In this document: positions 18,753 through 29,097 of the stretch, in pieces | Position numbering within the stretch: position 1 is the stretch's first letter | Layout of the letters: each line of letters begins with the position of its first letter | Assembly (NCBI GenBank): GCA_945901265.1 | Contig: CAMDJZ010000002.1 | Location: 12,947-76,946 of the forward strand | Source of the DNA: Rickettsia typhi | GTDB lineage: Bacteria > Pseudomonadota > Alphaproteobacteria > Rickettsiales > UBA1997 | DNA length: 64,000 nt | Direction of reading: 5' to 3' | The notes under the pieces: generated by a model | Seen by the model: the letters and a program-made list of their open reading frames with translations, nothing else | Told to the model about the DNA's origin: nothing | Databases searched by the model: none | Program-made: the position numbers and the translations under genes

Positions 18753-20039
18753 CTAGCTAGTTTTTTGTAAATATTCTTCAGCTCGACGTTTAATTTCCTT
18801 GCCAATTTCTTCATCAAAACCTTCGATTGAAGCAATTTCTGAAGCTTCCGCTTGGGCAAGTGATTCTATAGTTAAAAAGCCTTCAGAAGCAAGTAAATTA
18901 GCGATCATATCTTCAACATCAAGTGTTTCAATGAATAATTTTGAAGCTTGATTAAATTCAGTTGATCGACGAGCGGACTCTTGATCTTCAGTCATTACAT
19001 CAATTTTATGATTAACTAACTTTGAAGCGAGTTTAACATTTTGTCCACCTCGTCCAATAGCAAGGCTGAGCTGATCTTCAGGAACAACAACTTCAATAAG
19101 TTTATTTTCTTCATCAACAACCACCTTACTAATTTTAGCAGGAGTTAAAGAGCTTATAACTAATTCCGCAATATTGGGGGAATATTTTATGATATCAATT
19201 TTTTCACCACGTAATTCAGAGCTTACTGATTGCACTCTGCTACCTCTAATACCAATGAATGAGCCGATAATGTCGATATCATCACGACGTGAATAAATGG
19301 CAATTTTAGCACGTGAACCAGGATCACGAGCAACTGCTTTAACCTCAATATTTCCTTCATATAATTCTGGAACTTCTTGTTCGAATAATTTAACTAAAAA
19401 TTGCGGATGAGTTCGCGATAGGAAAATTTGTGCACCAAAAGATTCTTGACGAACATCTTCGATATAGCAACGCATGCGATCGCCAACGCGAAATGTTTCG
19501 CGATTAATTAAGCCACTTTCGTGAATAACCGCTTCATAACCATCAACTTCCATAACGATATTTTTGAGGCCAACTTTTTTTACTGAGGCGCTGACAATAT
19601 CACCTATACGATCTTTGAAGAGATTAAATTCTTTATTTTTTTCTGCTTCTTTAACTTTGCGAATTATTTCGTTACGAGCAACTTGCGCAACAACACGATT
19701 TAAGTCAATTGGGGGAAGCTCTTGAACGATGATATCGCCAAGTTCAACTTCGCTATTTTCCTTCTTAGCATGTTTTAAATCTATGTGAGTTCTAATGTCG
19801 AAATCTTCGGTATCATTAGCAACAACCTGTAGTTTATTATAAAGTTTTATTTGCCCTGATTTGCGATCAATTTTGCAATCAATATCAAGGTGATGACCGT
19901 ATTTTTTCTTGGCAGCAAGTTTAATACCTTCTTCCATTGCTTCAATTACTTCTTGAGGTTCGATACCTTTTTCATGCGCAATATTTTCAGCTACCAGAAG
20001 TATTTCTTTATTGCCCATGATTGTTAAGTTGCTAGCCAT
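18753..20039 (-). CDS. nusA: transcription termination/antitermination factor NusA
   Basis: 428 aa with an S1 domain and two KH regions ('IGIRGSRVQSVS', 'AIGRGGQNVKLAS'). It sits directly upstream of infB. Confidence 0.95.
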   Translation of the reverse strand: MASNLTIMGNKEILLVAENIAHEKGIEPQEVIEAMEEGIKLAAKKKYGHHLDIDCKIDRKSGQIKLYNKLQVVANDTEDFDIRTHIDLKHAKKENSEVELGDIIVQELPPIDLNRVVAQVARNEIIRKVKEAEKNKEFNLFKDRIGDIVSASVKKVGLKNIVMEVDGYEAVIHESGLINRETFRVGDRMRCYIEDVRQESFGAQIFLSRTHPQFLVKLFEQEVPELYEGNIEVKAVARDPGSRAKIAIYSRRDDIDIIGSFIGIRGSRVQSVSSELRGEKIDIIKYSPNIAELVISSLTPAKISKVVVDEENKLIEVVVPEDQLSLAIGRGGQNVKLASKLVNHKIDVMTEDQESARRSTEFNQASKLFIETLDVEDMIANLLASEGFLTIESLAQAEASEIASIEGFDEEIGKEIKRRAEEYLQKTS

Positions 20040-20425
20040 AAATTCTGTTATTTTTAATTATAATTTATTAAGATTGCTGTTAAATATTATATTTTAACTT
20101 AAAGTTAATTGATAACTAATTAAAGTTAACTTTATCTTTAGATTTTGAATTTGAATTTTTAAAATTAAAATTGGGTATAGTTTTAAGATAAGAATAAACT
20201 AAAATTGAGCATTAAATCAGCATTTATCAAAATAATAAATATAAAAAAAAATAAATCAACATCTTAAATTAATTTATTTAAAATAAGCGAGGTTAGGTGA
20301 TTTTCGTAAATTAAATAATAATAATTCTTAATAATTGATTTTCGCTTGCAAGTGCAAGGCTCATATTGCTTTGATAAAGCTTTAAATTAACGCCAAATAA
20401 AATAAATTTTTTTAATTTCCTGCTT

Positions 20426-20448
20426 AAAAAAATAGCTTAGATTAAGCT
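20426..20448 (-). terminator. weak intrinsic terminator candidate after the virD4-aroE-small membrane gene string
   Basis: On the minus strand: stem AGCTTA/TAAGCT (20434..20448) with a 3-nt loop, then A + T7 (20426..20433), about 55 nt after the 20504 stop. Confidence 0.3.
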
Positions 20449-20503
20449 GTAAATATTGTTTGGATTTTTTTATAAAACTAGAATTAACTATCAACATTAG
20501 TTT

Positions 20504-20806
20504 CTATGTAAAATTTTGTTGAGCCTGAAGTTGTTTTTGCAGTTTTTTAATTTTGCGCTGATCGTGAATTCTATTAAAAAAAGTTCTAATGAATTTTTGG
20601 GAAAGAATTAAAAAAGTAGTAATTACCCCAAGTGAAAAGCAACTTATCATTAAAGTAAAAATTCGTATTTGAGCGCTAAAATTAAAAAAAGTAAAATCAA
20701 TATCAATAATTTGGCGATTATTGACCATGAAAATAACTAGTAAAATTAGCAATGTAATGGCAATTATATTGTGAATAATTTTAAAAATTTTTTTTAATGA
20801 ATTCAT
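20504..20806 (-). CDS. small two-TM membrane protein (LapA/DUF1049-like)
   Basis: 100 aa with two hydrophobic helices and a basic coiled tail 'RKIKKLQKQLQAQQ'. The resemblance to the LapA/YciS family is from memory only. Confidence 0.35.
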   Translation of the reverse strand: MNSLKKIFKIIHNIIAITLLILLVIFMVNNRQIIDIDFTFFNFSAQIRIFTLMISCFSLGVITTFLILSQKFIRTFFNRIHDQRKIKKLQKQLQAQQNFT

Positions 20807-20808
20807 AA

Positions 20809-21690
20809 TTATATATTATTTGAAGTTAATAATTTTTCAATATCTTGAGTATCTTTTACTAAAACTCCATACCACATATTAAAACCCACTAAGGCTTGTC
20901 TAATTAACATGCCTATCCCTGTAACTATAGGGTTTCCGCGTTTAATTGCAAAATGAAGTAAATCAGTTATCAATGGTTTATAAACTATGTCATAGACCAT
21001 AGATGTAGTTTTTAAATTATTTAAGTTAAGAAGTAAAGGTTCTTGACCAATCATCCCTAGGGAAGATGAATTGATTAAAATATCGCAATTAGAAAGTTCT
21101 TTTTCAAAATTATCTTGTGATAATAAAAATAAATTACATTTATTTTCCAAGGCAATTTTACTAAAATCATTTATTAAATTTTGAGCACGAATAATATCAC
21201 GATTTGTTATAAAAATGTTTTTTACGCCATGAGATATAAGCCCATAAATTATTGCTCGACAAGCCCCACCAGCTCCGATTACAAATGCATTTTTTTGTAA
21301 AAAATTATAATTTCTATATTTATCAAAAACATTATCAATAAAACCTTTCGCATCAGAATTAAAGCCGTGTAATTTTTTATTGTCATCAATTACAACAGTA
21401 TTAACGGCTTTGATTATTTTCGCTTCATTGCTCACAAAATCGCATTTATGAAAAATTTTTTCTTTAAATGGAATGGTGACATTGAAACCACTGAAGCCTT
21501 GATTTATAAGGTTATTTATTGCTGAATCAAAATTTTGAGGTTCAATTTCAATTGCTTGATAAGTTCCATTTATAGTAAATTTTTCTATGAAAAAATTATG
21601 AATTTTTGGCGATAATGAATTTTTAACTGGAAAACCGATCACTCCAGCTTTAATAAGATTTTGTTGTATATTTTCTTGATCAATAATCAC
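20809..21690 (-). CDS. aroE: shikimate dehydrogenase
   Basis: 293 aa with 'GFPVKNSLSPKIHN', 'NVTIPFKE' and 'VIGAGGACRAI'. The GTG start overlaps the virD4 stop by 1 nt. Confidence 0.85.
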   Translation of the reverse strand: MIIDQENIQQNLIKAGVIGFPVKNSLSPKIHNFFIEKFTINGTYQAIEIEPQNFDSAINNLINQGFSGFNVTIPFKEKIFHKCDFVSNEAKIIKAVNTVVIDDNKKLHGFNSDAKGFIDNVFDKYRNYNFLQKNAFVIGAGGACRAIIYGLISHGVKNIFITNRDIIRAQNLINDFSKIALENKCNLFLLSQDNFEKELSNCDILINSSSLGMIGQEPLLLNLNNLKTTSMVYDIVYKPLITDLLHFAIKRGNPIVTGIGMLIRQALVGFNMWYGVLVKDTQDIEKLLTSNNI

Positions 21691-23510
21691 TAGTTAAGAC
21701 TTCCCCCTGAGTCTGAAGCGCTATCTTTTTTATCTTCATTCTTATTTGTTTTTTGCATGCTAGGCATATTTGGTTCTTGCTTAGGAACAGGAATTTTTTT
21801 GGAAATTCGTGAAGTAAAAAAACGATCTTTATAGTAAATAATTTTTTTACATTTTACGGGTGGCTGAGATTCGATCAAGATAATTTGATCTTCGCGAGGT
21901 AATTGAATTACTTCTTGTGGCAGAAGCAAAGCTCGTTGCACATTTGAAACGTGTAATGAACGGGCTCCGGGATTTAAATCAAGATATTTTGGTTTATTAT
22001 ATGAAATTTGCACCGCAGTTTTATTGCCAATTAATTGCGAAATTAAATTGGCAGTTTGCATATTATTGGCAGCGAAAGTTATGCGATAGGTAGCGTTAGA
22101 AAGAAAAGAGTTCATGCCATTTTCTTCGTAAATTCCTTTGAGCTGTTCGGTGTCTTGAATGATTAAAAATAATCTAACGCGATAACCACGAAAATAAGCG
22201 ATACCTGCAAGAAATTGCTCCATTTTTCCAAGAGTTGGGAACTCATCCATCATCATTAACACGCCGAATTTCTCATGCTTCTGGGGCATTTTGGCGGTAA
22301 AAAAAGCTGCCGCTTGCTGATAAAACATATTCATCAATGGTTTCAAGCGTGAAATATTATCAGGAGTTAAGCCAACATAAACGGTGTGCGGAGAAATTTT
22401 AAATTCATGTAAATTAAAATCACTTGTCGCAGTGGTTGTATCAATCAATGGATTCGCCCATAACTCAAGTGACGAGTTGGCAGTTGAAGTTACCGATCCG
22501 CGTTCCTTGTCAGGTTTTTGTAAGTATGAAGCAATATTCATATAAGCAACTGGATGGATAATCTTACCCATCGTATCTAAGATAACGGCAAGATTATAAA
22601 CTACATCATCACTTCTTAATGTTCGCACAACTTCACCTAATGTTGCAGGTTTATTGGGATCAGCTACTAAATAAAGCATGATTCCCGTAAGCAAAGCTCT
22701 TGCTTCGTTCGACCAAAATTCTTGCTTAGGTAAAAGAAAATTACAAATTTTTTGGACATCATCAACCATCTGTCCAGGTTTTTTACTAATCCAATCCATG
22801 GGGTTGTAGCAATGGCTAATCCCATCAGGATCAGCTGGATTCCACAAGAAAACTTTTTGTTTTAATTGCGATCTTCTCCAGCCCGAACTTAATTCGTAGT
22901 TTTCAAGTTTTATATCATGGACAATTACTGAGTCACGCCAAAAAAGTAAATTAGGAACTACGAAACCTACGCCTTTTCCGGATCCTGTAGGAGCAAACAA
23001 CAGGATATGTTGATAGCCATCAGCAATTAACATTTTCTTTTGATAAGAGCCAAGAAGTAATCCGGTTTTAGCGCGAAGTCCCATTTTTTTTATTTCTGAA
23101 GGAGTTGCCCAATGCGCATCACCATGAATTGATTCTGGTTTTTTAAATGGACGCCAATCCATTAAAGGCGCGCGAAATACCCAAGAAATTGAAGATAGTA
23201 GGATATAAGGAAGAGTTGAGGCAACCCATAATTTTGGCACGAAGCCATTATAACTTTGTGATGAAAGTTTATCAAAATTAATTAAGTAAAACTTCCAATA
23301 AGCCATCATCGTTTTGAAGAGATAAATAAATTGCTTATCAAGTGGCAATCCACTAAAGGCTTTGATCAATTCCCAATTGCCATTTATACTAACTATAACA
23401 AGAGTTCCGGTTACGTAAAAGCAAAGAAGAAGGACGATACAAATCATCCCTGAAATTATAAAAAAATTTCTGGTATTTCTAACAAATGGATTTTCTTCTT
23501 CGCTACTCAT
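21690..23510 (-). CDS. virD4: type IV secretion coupling protein VirD4/TraG
   Basis: 606 aa with two N-terminal TM helices, Walker A 'FAPTGSGKGVGFVVPN', Walker B region 'VLMMMDEFPTLG' and 'GYRVRLFLIIQD'. Confidence 0.9.
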   Translation of the reverse strand: MSSEEENPFVRNTRNFFIISGMICIVLLLCFYVTGTLVIVSINGNWELIKAFSGLPLDKQFIYLFKTMMAYWKFYLINFDKLSSQSYNGFVPKLWVASTLPYILLSSISWVFRAPLMDWRPFKKPESIHGDAHWATPSEIKKMGLRAKTGLLLGSYQKKMLIADGYQHILLFAPTGSGKGVGFVVPNLLFWRDSVIVHDIKLENYELSSGWRRSQLKQKVFLWNPADPDGISHCYNPMDWISKKPGQMVDDVQKICNFLLPKQEFWSNEARALLTGIMLYLVADPNKPATLGEVVRTLRSDDVVYNLAVILDTMGKIIHPVAYMNIASYLQKPDKERGSVTSTANSSLELWANPLIDTTTATSDFNLHEFKISPHTVYVGLTPDNISRLKPLMNMFYQQAAAFFTAKMPQKHEKFGVLMMMDEFPTLGKMEQFLAGIAYFRGYRVRLFLIIQDTEQLKGIYEENGMNSFLSNATYRITFAANNMQTANLISQLIGNKTAVQISYNKPKYLDLNPGARSLHVSNVQRALLLPQEVIQLPREDQIILIESQPPVKCKKIIYYKDRFFTSRISKKIPVPKQEPNMPSMQKTNKNEDKKDSASDSGGSLN

Positions 23511-23709
23511 TTAGATATTTTTGCTTTTTTGAGGTTTATTTTCTAATAAGTTTTTAATATGGTTAATTTAAATTTTCTAATGTTTTTTTTTATTTTCTTA
23601 ATTTTAATTTACGGTAAAAATTATTTTTTAATAATAAAAAATTTACTAAGATTTATAAATTAGATTTATTTTTTTAATTAGGGTTTAGAAATTACATTTA
23701 ATTTTTTAA

Positions 23710-25446
23710 TTATTTCGATAAGGAATTTCGTAAATTTTTAGCAACCAAAATTGCTTCATCGCTTATAATTTCTCCTGATAACATTCTTGCGATTTCTTGC
23801 TCGCTTTGTTCAATTGATAATTCTTCGATAATGGTATTAACTTTTTTACTTGCAGAATTTTGAGAAATTTGCTTGCTAATTTTGTAGTGAGTATCAGCTT
23901 TAGAAGCGATTTGCGCTTGATGAGTAACCACCAAAATTTGAAAATTATTAGCGAGTGTTTTTAATCTTTTACCAACTGCTTCAGCGGTACTTCCGCTAAT
24001 GCCAGTATCAATTTCATCAAATATCATTGTTGGTGTCGATTTTACATCAATTAGAGCAACTTTTAATGCGAGCATAAATCGCGATAACTCTCCTCCCGAA
24101 GCAATTTTAGTTATATCATCAAATGCATTATTATTGGTTGACGCTACAAATTTTATACGATCTAAGCCATTGATAGAGTAGGTTAAGCTATTATCGATAT
24201 CTTCATTATCATTATTATTTTTTTCGCTTAAATTTGTAAAATCTACACGAAATTTTGTGTCATTCATTTTAAGGAATTGTAATTCCTCTTCAACTTTTTT
24301 AGCGAGTATTTTAGCGGTATTTTGGCGTTTTTTAGAAAGTTCCTGAGCAATTTTTTGATAATTAAAAAAAGCTTCTTTCCTTTGGAGCTCTAGATTGGCA
24401 AAAGTCTTTTTTGAATTATCAATTAGTTTTATTTTTTCTTTAGCATCATTAATTACAGTTGATAATTCTTCGCTTTTAACATTAAATTTACGCGCTAAAT
24501 TGCGAATTAAAAATAATCTTTCTTCGATTTCATCGCGATTAAAATTGTTATTGCTAATTTTTTTTATCAGACTGTTTAGGCTAGAAAAGGAAGTATCGGT
24601 GAAGTTAATTTGTTTGTCAAAATCATCGGCTAATTTTTCAAAAAAATCTTTGTAATCTTTTAAATAATTATCAATTAAATTATGATTACGCAATAAAACT
24701 TTTTGAGCAGAAAGTTGATAATTTAAAGTTTCGCCTAAATTATTTTTAAAATCGCCTAAAAAATTTACAATTTTTTCTTGAGCATTAAATTGGTCTTTAG
24801 CTTCAATAAGGCTTTGTTCTTCATTGGCTTTAATATCAGCATTTTCAAGCTCTTCAACGACATGAGTTAAATAATCATATTCGCGAATGGCTTGTTGTTT
24901 TTGACGATTAATTTCTTCAATTTCTTCATCGATTATTTTTAACTCTTGATATTTTTGCTTAAGTTTCAATATTAATTGTGAATTAATTGAGAAATCATCA
25001 AGTATTATTAAGTGTGATTTAGAGTTAAGTAAATTATGCTGATCATGTTGGCCATGAATTTCAACTAAAGTTTCACCAATTTTGGCCAGCAAATTAACGC
25101 CAATTGACATATCATTAACAAAAACTTTGCTTGTTGAATTATCGCCAATGATTCTGCGAATCCTTAATATTTGAGGATTATCTTGATCAATTAAGGAATT
25201 TTCCTCAAGAATTTTTTTACAAAAATCATTTTTTTCAATGTGAAATTCAGCACTTACTTCAGCTTTATTATCATCACTTCCTATCAAGCGAGAAGTGGAG
25301 CGAAGACCAATTGCTAATCCAAGAGCGTCAAGCAATATTGATTTGCCAGATCCAGTTTCCCCAGTAAGCACGCAAAGTCCAGCACCAAAGCCAATTAAGG
25401 CTTTGTTGATAATTACAATATTGTTGATCGTTAATGAATTTAACAC
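23710..25446 (-). CDS. recN: DNA repair protein RecN
   Basis: 578 aa with 'LTGETGSGKSILLDAL', a long coiled coil, 'ASGGELSRFMLALK' and 'MIFDEIDTGISG'. Confidence 0.9.
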   Translation of the reverse strand: MLNSLTINNIVIINKALIGFGAGLCVLTGETGSGKSILLDALGLAIGLRSTSRLIGSDDNKAEVSAEFHIEKNDFCKKILEENSLIDQDNPQILRIRRIIGDNSTSKVFVNDMSIGVNLLAKIGETLVEIHGQHDQHNLLNSKSHLIILDDFSINSQLILKLKQKYQELKIIDEEIEEINRQKQQAIREYDYLTHVVEELENADIKANEEQSLIEAKDQFNAQEKIVNFLGDFKNNLGETLNYQLSAQKVLLRNHNLIDNYLKDYKDFFEKLADDFDKQINFTDTSFSSLNSLIKKISNNNFNRDEIEERLFLIRNLARKFNVKSEELSTVINDAKEKIKLIDNSKKTFANLELQRKEAFFNYQKIAQELSKKRQNTAKILAKKVEEELQFLKMNDTKFRVDFTNLSEKNNNDNEDIDNSLTYSINGLDRIKFVASTNNNAFDDITKIASGGELSRFMLALKVALIDVKSTPTMIFDEIDTGISGSTAEAVGKRLKTLANNFQILVVTHQAQIASKADTHYKISKQISQNSASKKVNTIIEELSIEQSEQEIARMLSGEIISDEAILVAKNLRNSLSK

Positions 25447-25513
25447 GCTACTTGCAAGTAATAATTTTGAATTTAGTTTTTAAAATAAAACTTTAAATTT
25501 ATGATGCAACCTA

Positions 25514-25966
25514 ATGAAAATTTTTATAAAAAATTTTGACGAAAACTTCAATCAAGAGCTAGATAGTCAATTAAAGCGCGATAGTTTTTTTATTGCCAAT
25601 CTTGAATTATCAACCTTATTGCTAAATAATGATGCAAATTATCCATGGTTAATTTTGGTGCCAAGAATAGAATTTGCTTATGATTTGACTGATCTTGAGA
25701 TTCTCAATCAAAATATTCTAATCAATGAAATTAATATTTGTGCAAATTTTTTGAAGGAAAATTTTGTAGTTGATAAGCTTAACATCGCTAGCCTTGGCAA
25801 TGTTGTTCGCCAATTGCATGTTCATATTATCGCGCGTCAAAAAATTGACTTAACCTTTCCAAAGCCAGTATGGGGGAATGCTCAAATAAAGCCATATCAA
25901 ATAAATCAAGCACAAGAATTAATAAAAAACATTCAACAATTCCTAATTAAAAATGCCAAAAGTTAA
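25514..25966 (+). CDS. HIT-family-like protein
   Basis: 150 aa. 'NVVRQLHVHIIARQ' resembles the histidine-triad motif, with the first His replaced by Gln. Confidence 0.45.
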   Translation: MKIFIKNFDENFNQELDSQLKRDSFFIANLELSTLLLNNDANYPWLILVPRIEFAYDLTDLEILNQNILINEINICANFLKENFVVDKLNIASLGNVVRQLHVHIIARQKIDLTFPKPVWGNAQIKPYQINQAQELIKNIQQFLIKNAKS

Positions 25967-25968
25967 TC

Positions 25969-26229
25969 ATGATAAATAATGATAATTTACTACTAAAAAA
26001 AATTTTATATCGCGCTAAATATCGCGGTTGCAAAGAAACTGATTTTTTACTTGGTAATTTTTTTACCAAAAATAAAAATGAAATTATTAATTACGGTTAT
26101 GATTTATGCCAAGATTTTTTAGATGAAGATGATATGTTGATCTATGATTGGATTTTAGGAAAAGCTGTTGAGCCAAATAAATATCAAAAATTACTTACCG
26201 ATATTAAAAAATTTAATAAGATTTTTTGA
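25969..26229 (+). CDS. sdhE: succinate dehydrogenase flavinylation factor SdhE (DUF339)
   Basis: 86 aa. 'YRAKYRGCKETDFLLGNFF' matches the RGxxE motif, with 'DEDDMLIYDWI' downstream. Confidence 0.7.
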   Translation: MINNDNLLLKKILYRAKYRGCKETDFLLGNFFTKNKNEIINYGYDLCQDFLDEDDMLIYDWILGKAVEPNKYQKLLTDIKKFNKIF

Positions 26230-27105
26230 CTATTCAACAACGATGCAGTCAGCTCTACTTTTCTGAGTTTGTGAAATATATTTTTGACAAAAATTTTCAG
26301 CTTCAATTTGATTAAAAAAATCACCAATTTGTAAACGATAAAAAATCCCTCTTTTACCTAAATCAACTTTTTGAATAACGATACGCAAATTAACAAAAAG
26401 ATCAGGATTCATTCTTAGTAATTTCTTCCATTGATCTTCAGCAATCTCACGTGATGACATCGCGGCGATTTGAACGCGGACAATTTTTTTGCGTTCAATA
26501 GTTTTTGGTAATTTTGAATTGGATGAATTACTAGTGTAATTTTCATTGTTATTTTCAAGATTAGAGTTTTTCAATGCTAGCGATGAATTATTTTCAGCGG
26601 GTGCAAAATTTTCACCAGAAGAAATTGGCGATGGAGATTCGCCGAGAAATTTTTTATTATCAATGATTTTATTTTCATTATTTTGATTGTTATTATTTGG
26701 GGTTTGGGGTCTGGCATTAAGGCTATTTTTATCGATCGTTAAATTTTTTTCAGCAAATTCTTTTTTGGGTGGTAATGCAGATTCAGGAGTGCTACTAACC
26801 TTTGAGTTATTGATCTTAACGGCTTCTTTTTTATTGCCAAAAATATCTTCATAAATCGTTCTATCGATTTGAATATTTTTACTATTTTTATTATTTTCAT
26901 CTTCAACTCCAACGCGAATTGGAAGTTGCGTTGCTTTAATTAGTTTAACATTTTCATCATCTGGATAAGCAAAATGATAGGCTGTAAGGGTAATATAAAT
27001 GAAAAGGGAAATCGAAGCTATTGTTGATAAAGCAAGAAAAATTTGTTTATTAAAATTTCCACTTCGCCCGTCTCTTTTGTCTTTTTGATATCCAAAATCT
27101 TCCAT
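26230..27105 (-). CDS. SPOR-domain membrane protein
   Basis: 291 aa with one TM helix, a low-complexity N-rich linker, and a C-terminal 'VRVQIAAMSSREIAEDQWKKL...GIFYRLQIGDFFNQIEAENFC' that looks like a SPOR domain. Confidence 0.7.
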   Translation of the reverse strand: MEDFGYQKDKRDGRSGNFNKQIFLALSTIASISLFIYITLTAYHFAYPDDENVKLIKATQLPIRVGVEDENNKNSKNIQIDRTIYEDIFGNKKEAVKINNSKVSSTPESALPPKKEFAEKNLTIDKNSLNARPQTPNNNNQNNENKIIDNKKFLGESPSPISSGENFAPAENNSSLALKNSNLENNNENYTSNSSNSKLPKTIERKKIVRVQIAAMSSREIAEDQWKKLLRMNPDLFVNLRIVIQKVDLGKRGIFYRLQIGDFFNQIEAENFCQKYISQTQKSRADCIVVE

Positions 27106-27109
27106 AATT

Positions 27110-28960
27110 TTATTTCATTTCCTCGCATGGTGTAATAGAAAAAATTTCTAAACCTGAAGCGATAATTTTTTTCAAAGAAAATACAAGACAAAGCCTTGCA
27201 TATGTAAGATTTAAATTGTCTTTAATAATAAATTTTAATTGGGGATTTTCTGAACCCTTATTCCATAAAGCGTGAAAATCTCCAGCTAATTCTTGCAAGT
27301 AAAATGCCAAGCGATGTGGTTCAAAATATTGCGCTGACATTTCAATTATTCGTAGGTAATTAGCAATTTTTTTAATTAATTCCAATTCACTTTCATCATT
27401 TAAGACTTCTAAAAAATCAATGTTTTTTTGGCATAAATATTTTAACTCATCAGAATTGGTCATATTTTTTGAAAAAAATTCTTGAGCATTTTTTAATACC
27501 GAACAACAGCGTGCGTGAGCATATTGAACATAAAAAATTGGATTATCTTTTGATTGCTCAACAACTTTGCTCAAGTCAAAATCAAATGGCGTATCATTTT
27601 TTCTACATAACATTAGAAACCTTAATGCATCAGCTCCAACCTCGTCAATTACTTCACGGGCAGTAATAAAATTCCCTGCGCGTTTTGACATTTTTAAGGG
27701 CTGACCATCTTTTACAAATTTTACCATTTGGCATAAAATTACTTTTAGGCTAGCTTGATTATTTGTTAGCGATTCTACTACAGCGTTAAGTCTTTTAACA
27801 TAGCCAGCGTGATCATAGCCAAGTGGCATAATAAAAATTCTCGCTCCTCTTTCAAATTTCGATAAAGTATAAGCCATATCTCCAGCTAAGTAGGTGTATG
27901 ATCCATCAGCTTTTATAACAACACGATCAACGTCATCACCAAAATTTGTTGAGCGAAATAATGTTTGATCACTTTCATCGTAATCTTCAAGATGTTGACC
28001 AACGCCCTTATCGCTCATGGGTATTGAAAGTTTACCAACATAAACTAAATCATGTTTTTTTAGTACTTCAATAGCATCGGCGATTTTATTTTTATCATGT
28101 AATTCTTTTTTTTCAGAGAAATAGCTATCATGCTTTATGCCAAGAGCGAGTAGATCATTCTTGATTAGCTCAACCATATCATCAACAACTAAATTACGAA
28201 TTATTGGAAAATATTGATTTTCATCAAGATTTAGTAATTCTTTTTTGAAATTAATAAATAATTTTTTGGCAATTGGCGCAAGATATTCTCCAGGATATAA
28301 GCCTAATTTAAGAAAATCTTCCTCATTAATTTGAATTCCACAAGCTTGCTGATAGCGTTTAAAAACAGAGCGTAGAAGAGTTAAAATTTGTGAACCAGAG
28401 TCGTTGATATAATATTCTTTTAAAACATCATAGCCAACCTTTTGTAGTAAATTCGCTAAAACATCTCCATAAATTGAACCACGAGTATGACCAACATGTA
28501 TTGGGCCAGTAGGGTTAGGAGAGGCATATTCTAAATTAACTTTTACTTGATTGCCAAGATTTGGATAATTGATTTTATCGATAATTACGATATCAGCTAA
28601 AACTTTAAGTAAGATTTTTTGTGTTAAAAAAATATTTATAAAACCAGCTTTGGCAACCTTAATTTCATGAACTAAACTACAATTTGCTTGCTCAATTTTA
28701 TTGACAGAATTAGCTGTTTTTAAAATTTGTGTAGCAATCGAGTTGGCAAGTAATTCAACATTTTTAAGTTCAGTATCTTTGAATTTTTTAATTAATGTCA
28801 TGGCGATGTTGCAAGCTATATCGCCATTTTTTTTATCTTTAATTGGTTCAACGGTAAAATTTTTTAAATCATTCTCACTTAAGATAACGCGATGCTCTGA
28901 GGCAATAACTTCTATTGCGTTGATAAATTGTTTTTTAAGAATTGAAAAAATATTGAGCAT
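27110..28960 (-). CDS. argS: arginine--tRNA ligase
   Basis: 616 aa with 'ASPNPTGPIHVGHTRG' (HIGH) and 'KMSKRAGN' (KMSKS-like). Confidence 0.95.
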   Translation of the reverse strand: MLNIFSILKKQFINAIEVIASEHRVILSENDLKNFTVEPIKDKKNGDIACNIAMTLIKKFKDTELKNVELLANSIATQILKTANSVNKIEQANCSLVHEIKVAKAGFINIFLTQKILLKVLADIVIIDKINYPNLGNQVKVNLEYASPNPTGPIHVGHTRGSIYGDVLANLLQKVGYDVLKEYYINDSGSQILTLLRSVFKRYQQACGIQINEEDFLKLGLYPGEYLAPIAKKLFINFKKELLNLDENQYFPIIRNLVVDDMVELIKNDLLALGIKHDSYFSEKKELHDKNKIADAIEVLKKHDLVYVGKLSIPMSDKGVGQHLEDYDESDQTLFRSTNFGDDVDRVVIKADGSYTYLAGDMAYTLSKFERGARIFIMPLGYDHAGYVKRLNAVVESLTNNQASLKVILCQMVKFVKDGQPLKMSKRAGNFITAREVIDEVGADALRFLMLCRKNDTPFDFDLSKVVEQSKDNPIFYVQYAHARCCSVLKNAQEFFSKNMTNSDELKYLCQKNIDFLEVLNDESELELIKKIANYLRIIEMSAQYFEPHRLAFYLQELAGDFHALWNKGSENPQLKFIIKDNLNLTYARLCLVFSLKKIIASGLEIFSITPCEEMK

Positions 28961-29097
28961 AATTAACGCTTGCGATTTAGCAAAATATTGGCAAATTTAA
29001 GAAAATAATATTTAAAAAATTTAAAAAATTATTCGCTTACTTAAATTAAAAAAAATAATTTTGACTTACAATAACTAATTTAAAATAATTTTAGCTA

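Noticed and set aside
20040-20503. A 464-nt gap upstream of nusA, where rimP is usually found; a possible hidden gene or ncRNA.
   Set aside because: No ORF longer than a few codons on either strand and no convincing structure. Most likely rimP is lost or located elsewhere, and this is promoter or spacer DNA.
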